From Anthoceros angustus (taxonomy: Eukaryota; Plantae; Anthocerotophyta): a DNA stretch of 64,000 bases. A program made the translations under genes and the position numbers. The notes under the pieces are model-generated. The model saw only the letters and a program-made list of their open reading frames with translations, had not been told where the DNA came from and ran no database searches. Location of the stretch: contig MU008187.1 of the NCBI GenBank assembly GCA_010909165.1, forward strand, positions 438,247 through 502,246, written 5' to 3'. Shown piece after piece: positions 62,576 to 64,000 of this stretch. Position 1 is the first letter of the stretch, and each line of letters begins with the position of its first letter.

Positions 62576-63729
62576 TTCCTGGTAGTGATGCATCAGCTGG
62601 CCTGGGGACAGAGCGAGACAACACTGTGCCAACTATATTTCGGCAGCAGTTGCTGACAGGATAGTAATCCTTTGTGGTGTAAGTTAGAGTAGTTCGGTTT
62701 TCCTTTTCACGCAAGCCCATTTTGTCGCAGATCAACGGGTAGGAGCCGGGCAGCTTAGGCACATGGTGGTGTAGACATGATGAATTGTAGGCGTTTCAAC
62801 GCCAGAATTTTTCTGAACACGTGTGGTAAGCGACTTGTTTCTGGCCTTGTCTGGTAGCACTGCAGGTTGCACATGGCATGCAGACTTTGAAGTAGAAGTA
62901 GGTGTTATAATTTTCGGCCAACCGAATTCTCGAGAAGAGGTGTGAAATTGAGCAGTGTCTTTGGTGCTTGGACAGCGTGGTGGAAGTCCAAATTCCTCCT
63001 GACAAGTGAGCTCCAGCCTCCAACGAATCTGTGTCAGCCAGTGATCCAGGGTGATGTAAATTCTCTACAAGTGACGCTGGCCTGCCCTCCGCGCCACCAT
63101 GTGGCAGGTGCATTGGGCTCACAGTACCAAGCCCAGCCCCCGAGTCGTTAAAGTACGCACTAGCAGTGGGACCAAGGGGGTCAATGTCGCGGCGACTGGC
63201 TGCCACTTGCGTGGCTGTCAACCCATGCTGCAAGTGTTGCTAGCGGCGAACAAATATTGGTCCCCCGAGAAAGGACGCAAATACGCGAAAAACTCCGCAA
63301 TTTTAACCCAAAAACAGAGAGCAGGAGCAGGAGCAGGCCACACCGGTCTCCTCCCCAACATGCAACGGTGGTCTGTCAAAACCCGACGCCAACCCCAACC
63401 CCGTACTGGGACATCGCAAACCAAGCCCGCCGAGCACCGCCCACTTTCAACGCCGCACGCCACCTCTCTGTATGTACCGTCGGTACTTTCCACTACATAC
63501 GTATGTACTAAGGTAGTCAGACGTTCAGTATGTCTTCGCTGTCACAAAGAAAAAACGCAAGTCTTTGCCTCGGAGGCACGCAACCCCACTGACTTCAGGC
63601 GCTGTGAACATGCAGTACTTCTAAAAACCGAGCGATCGGGGGACCTGGGTGTGTACTGTGAGATGCAGTGCAGCGAAATGCGAGCGTGAGACGGAGCCAG
63701 GGTCATGTCTCATATATGTAACCAACTAG

Positions 63730-64000
63730 CTAATTATACACCATGTACTTTGGTGTGGCACTGAATTTCTGATATCCCTTGATGACTTTGTTCACTGCCT
63801 CCAGGAAGTCCTTCTCTGTTGCAGTTTTCCTCCGAGCTCGGATTGCGTACATTCCAGCTTCGGTGCACACACTCCGGATATCCGCACCTGCACAACGGCG
63901 TGCACTGAGTGAGATGAGGAAGTAAAACTGCAACTGCCAAGCATCCAGAGCCTCGATTTCAAGACCACAGTACCTGTGGAATTGGGGCAGAGCCGGGCAA
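63730..64000 (-). CDS. RPT1: 26S proteasome AAA-ATPase regulatory subunit 7, 3' end only (runs off the window)
   Basis: ARLCPNST|[52 protein letters not shown]. Confidence 0.96.
   Translation of the reverse strand, partial: CPALPQFHRYCGLEIEALDAWQLQFYFLISLSARRCAGADIRSVCTEAGMYAIRARRKTATEKDFLEAVNKVIKGYQKFSATPKYMVYN

Overview
Eukaryotic, gene-dense plant nuclear DNA with many short GT-AG introns. By inference it comes from a compact non-seed land plant (hornwort/lycophyte-like), because Arabidopsis-like OTLD1, ROP and RVE sit beside a MeaB/MMAA gene that seed plants lack. Host genes, left to right: REVEILLE MYB (+); TFIIIC-like WD40 protein with a large (RG)n/acidic repeat array (-); polygalacturonase (-); RNase H2 subunit C (+); D-2-hydroxyglutarate dehydrogenase (-); OTLD1 deubiquitinase (+); a split lipocalin in an AT-rich island (-); a small D-box-like protein (+); MMAA (-); intronless DHDPS (+); TPP2 (-); a truncated DDW1-like fragment (+); ROP (+); the 3' end of RPT1 (-). 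The main accessory feature is a ~12-13 kb insert (~10.8-23.3 kb). It carries a plus-strand DDD/E transposase (DGMDQ / LQLDN..ENKN / GHTHxxIDQxF, DUF7869/Sola-like) with a Tudor/BAH-like tail. Divergent from it is an intron-containing gene joining a ParB-like (GGNH) domain to a prokaryote-type beta-class N6-A/N4-C DNA methyltransferase, and GC-rich palindromes recur through the insert. Frameshifts cluster in repeated DNA while the single-copy exons I traced read cleanly, so some disruptions and two ~1.5 kb tandem duplications may be assembly artefacts. No rRNA, tRNA or CRISPR array was seen.
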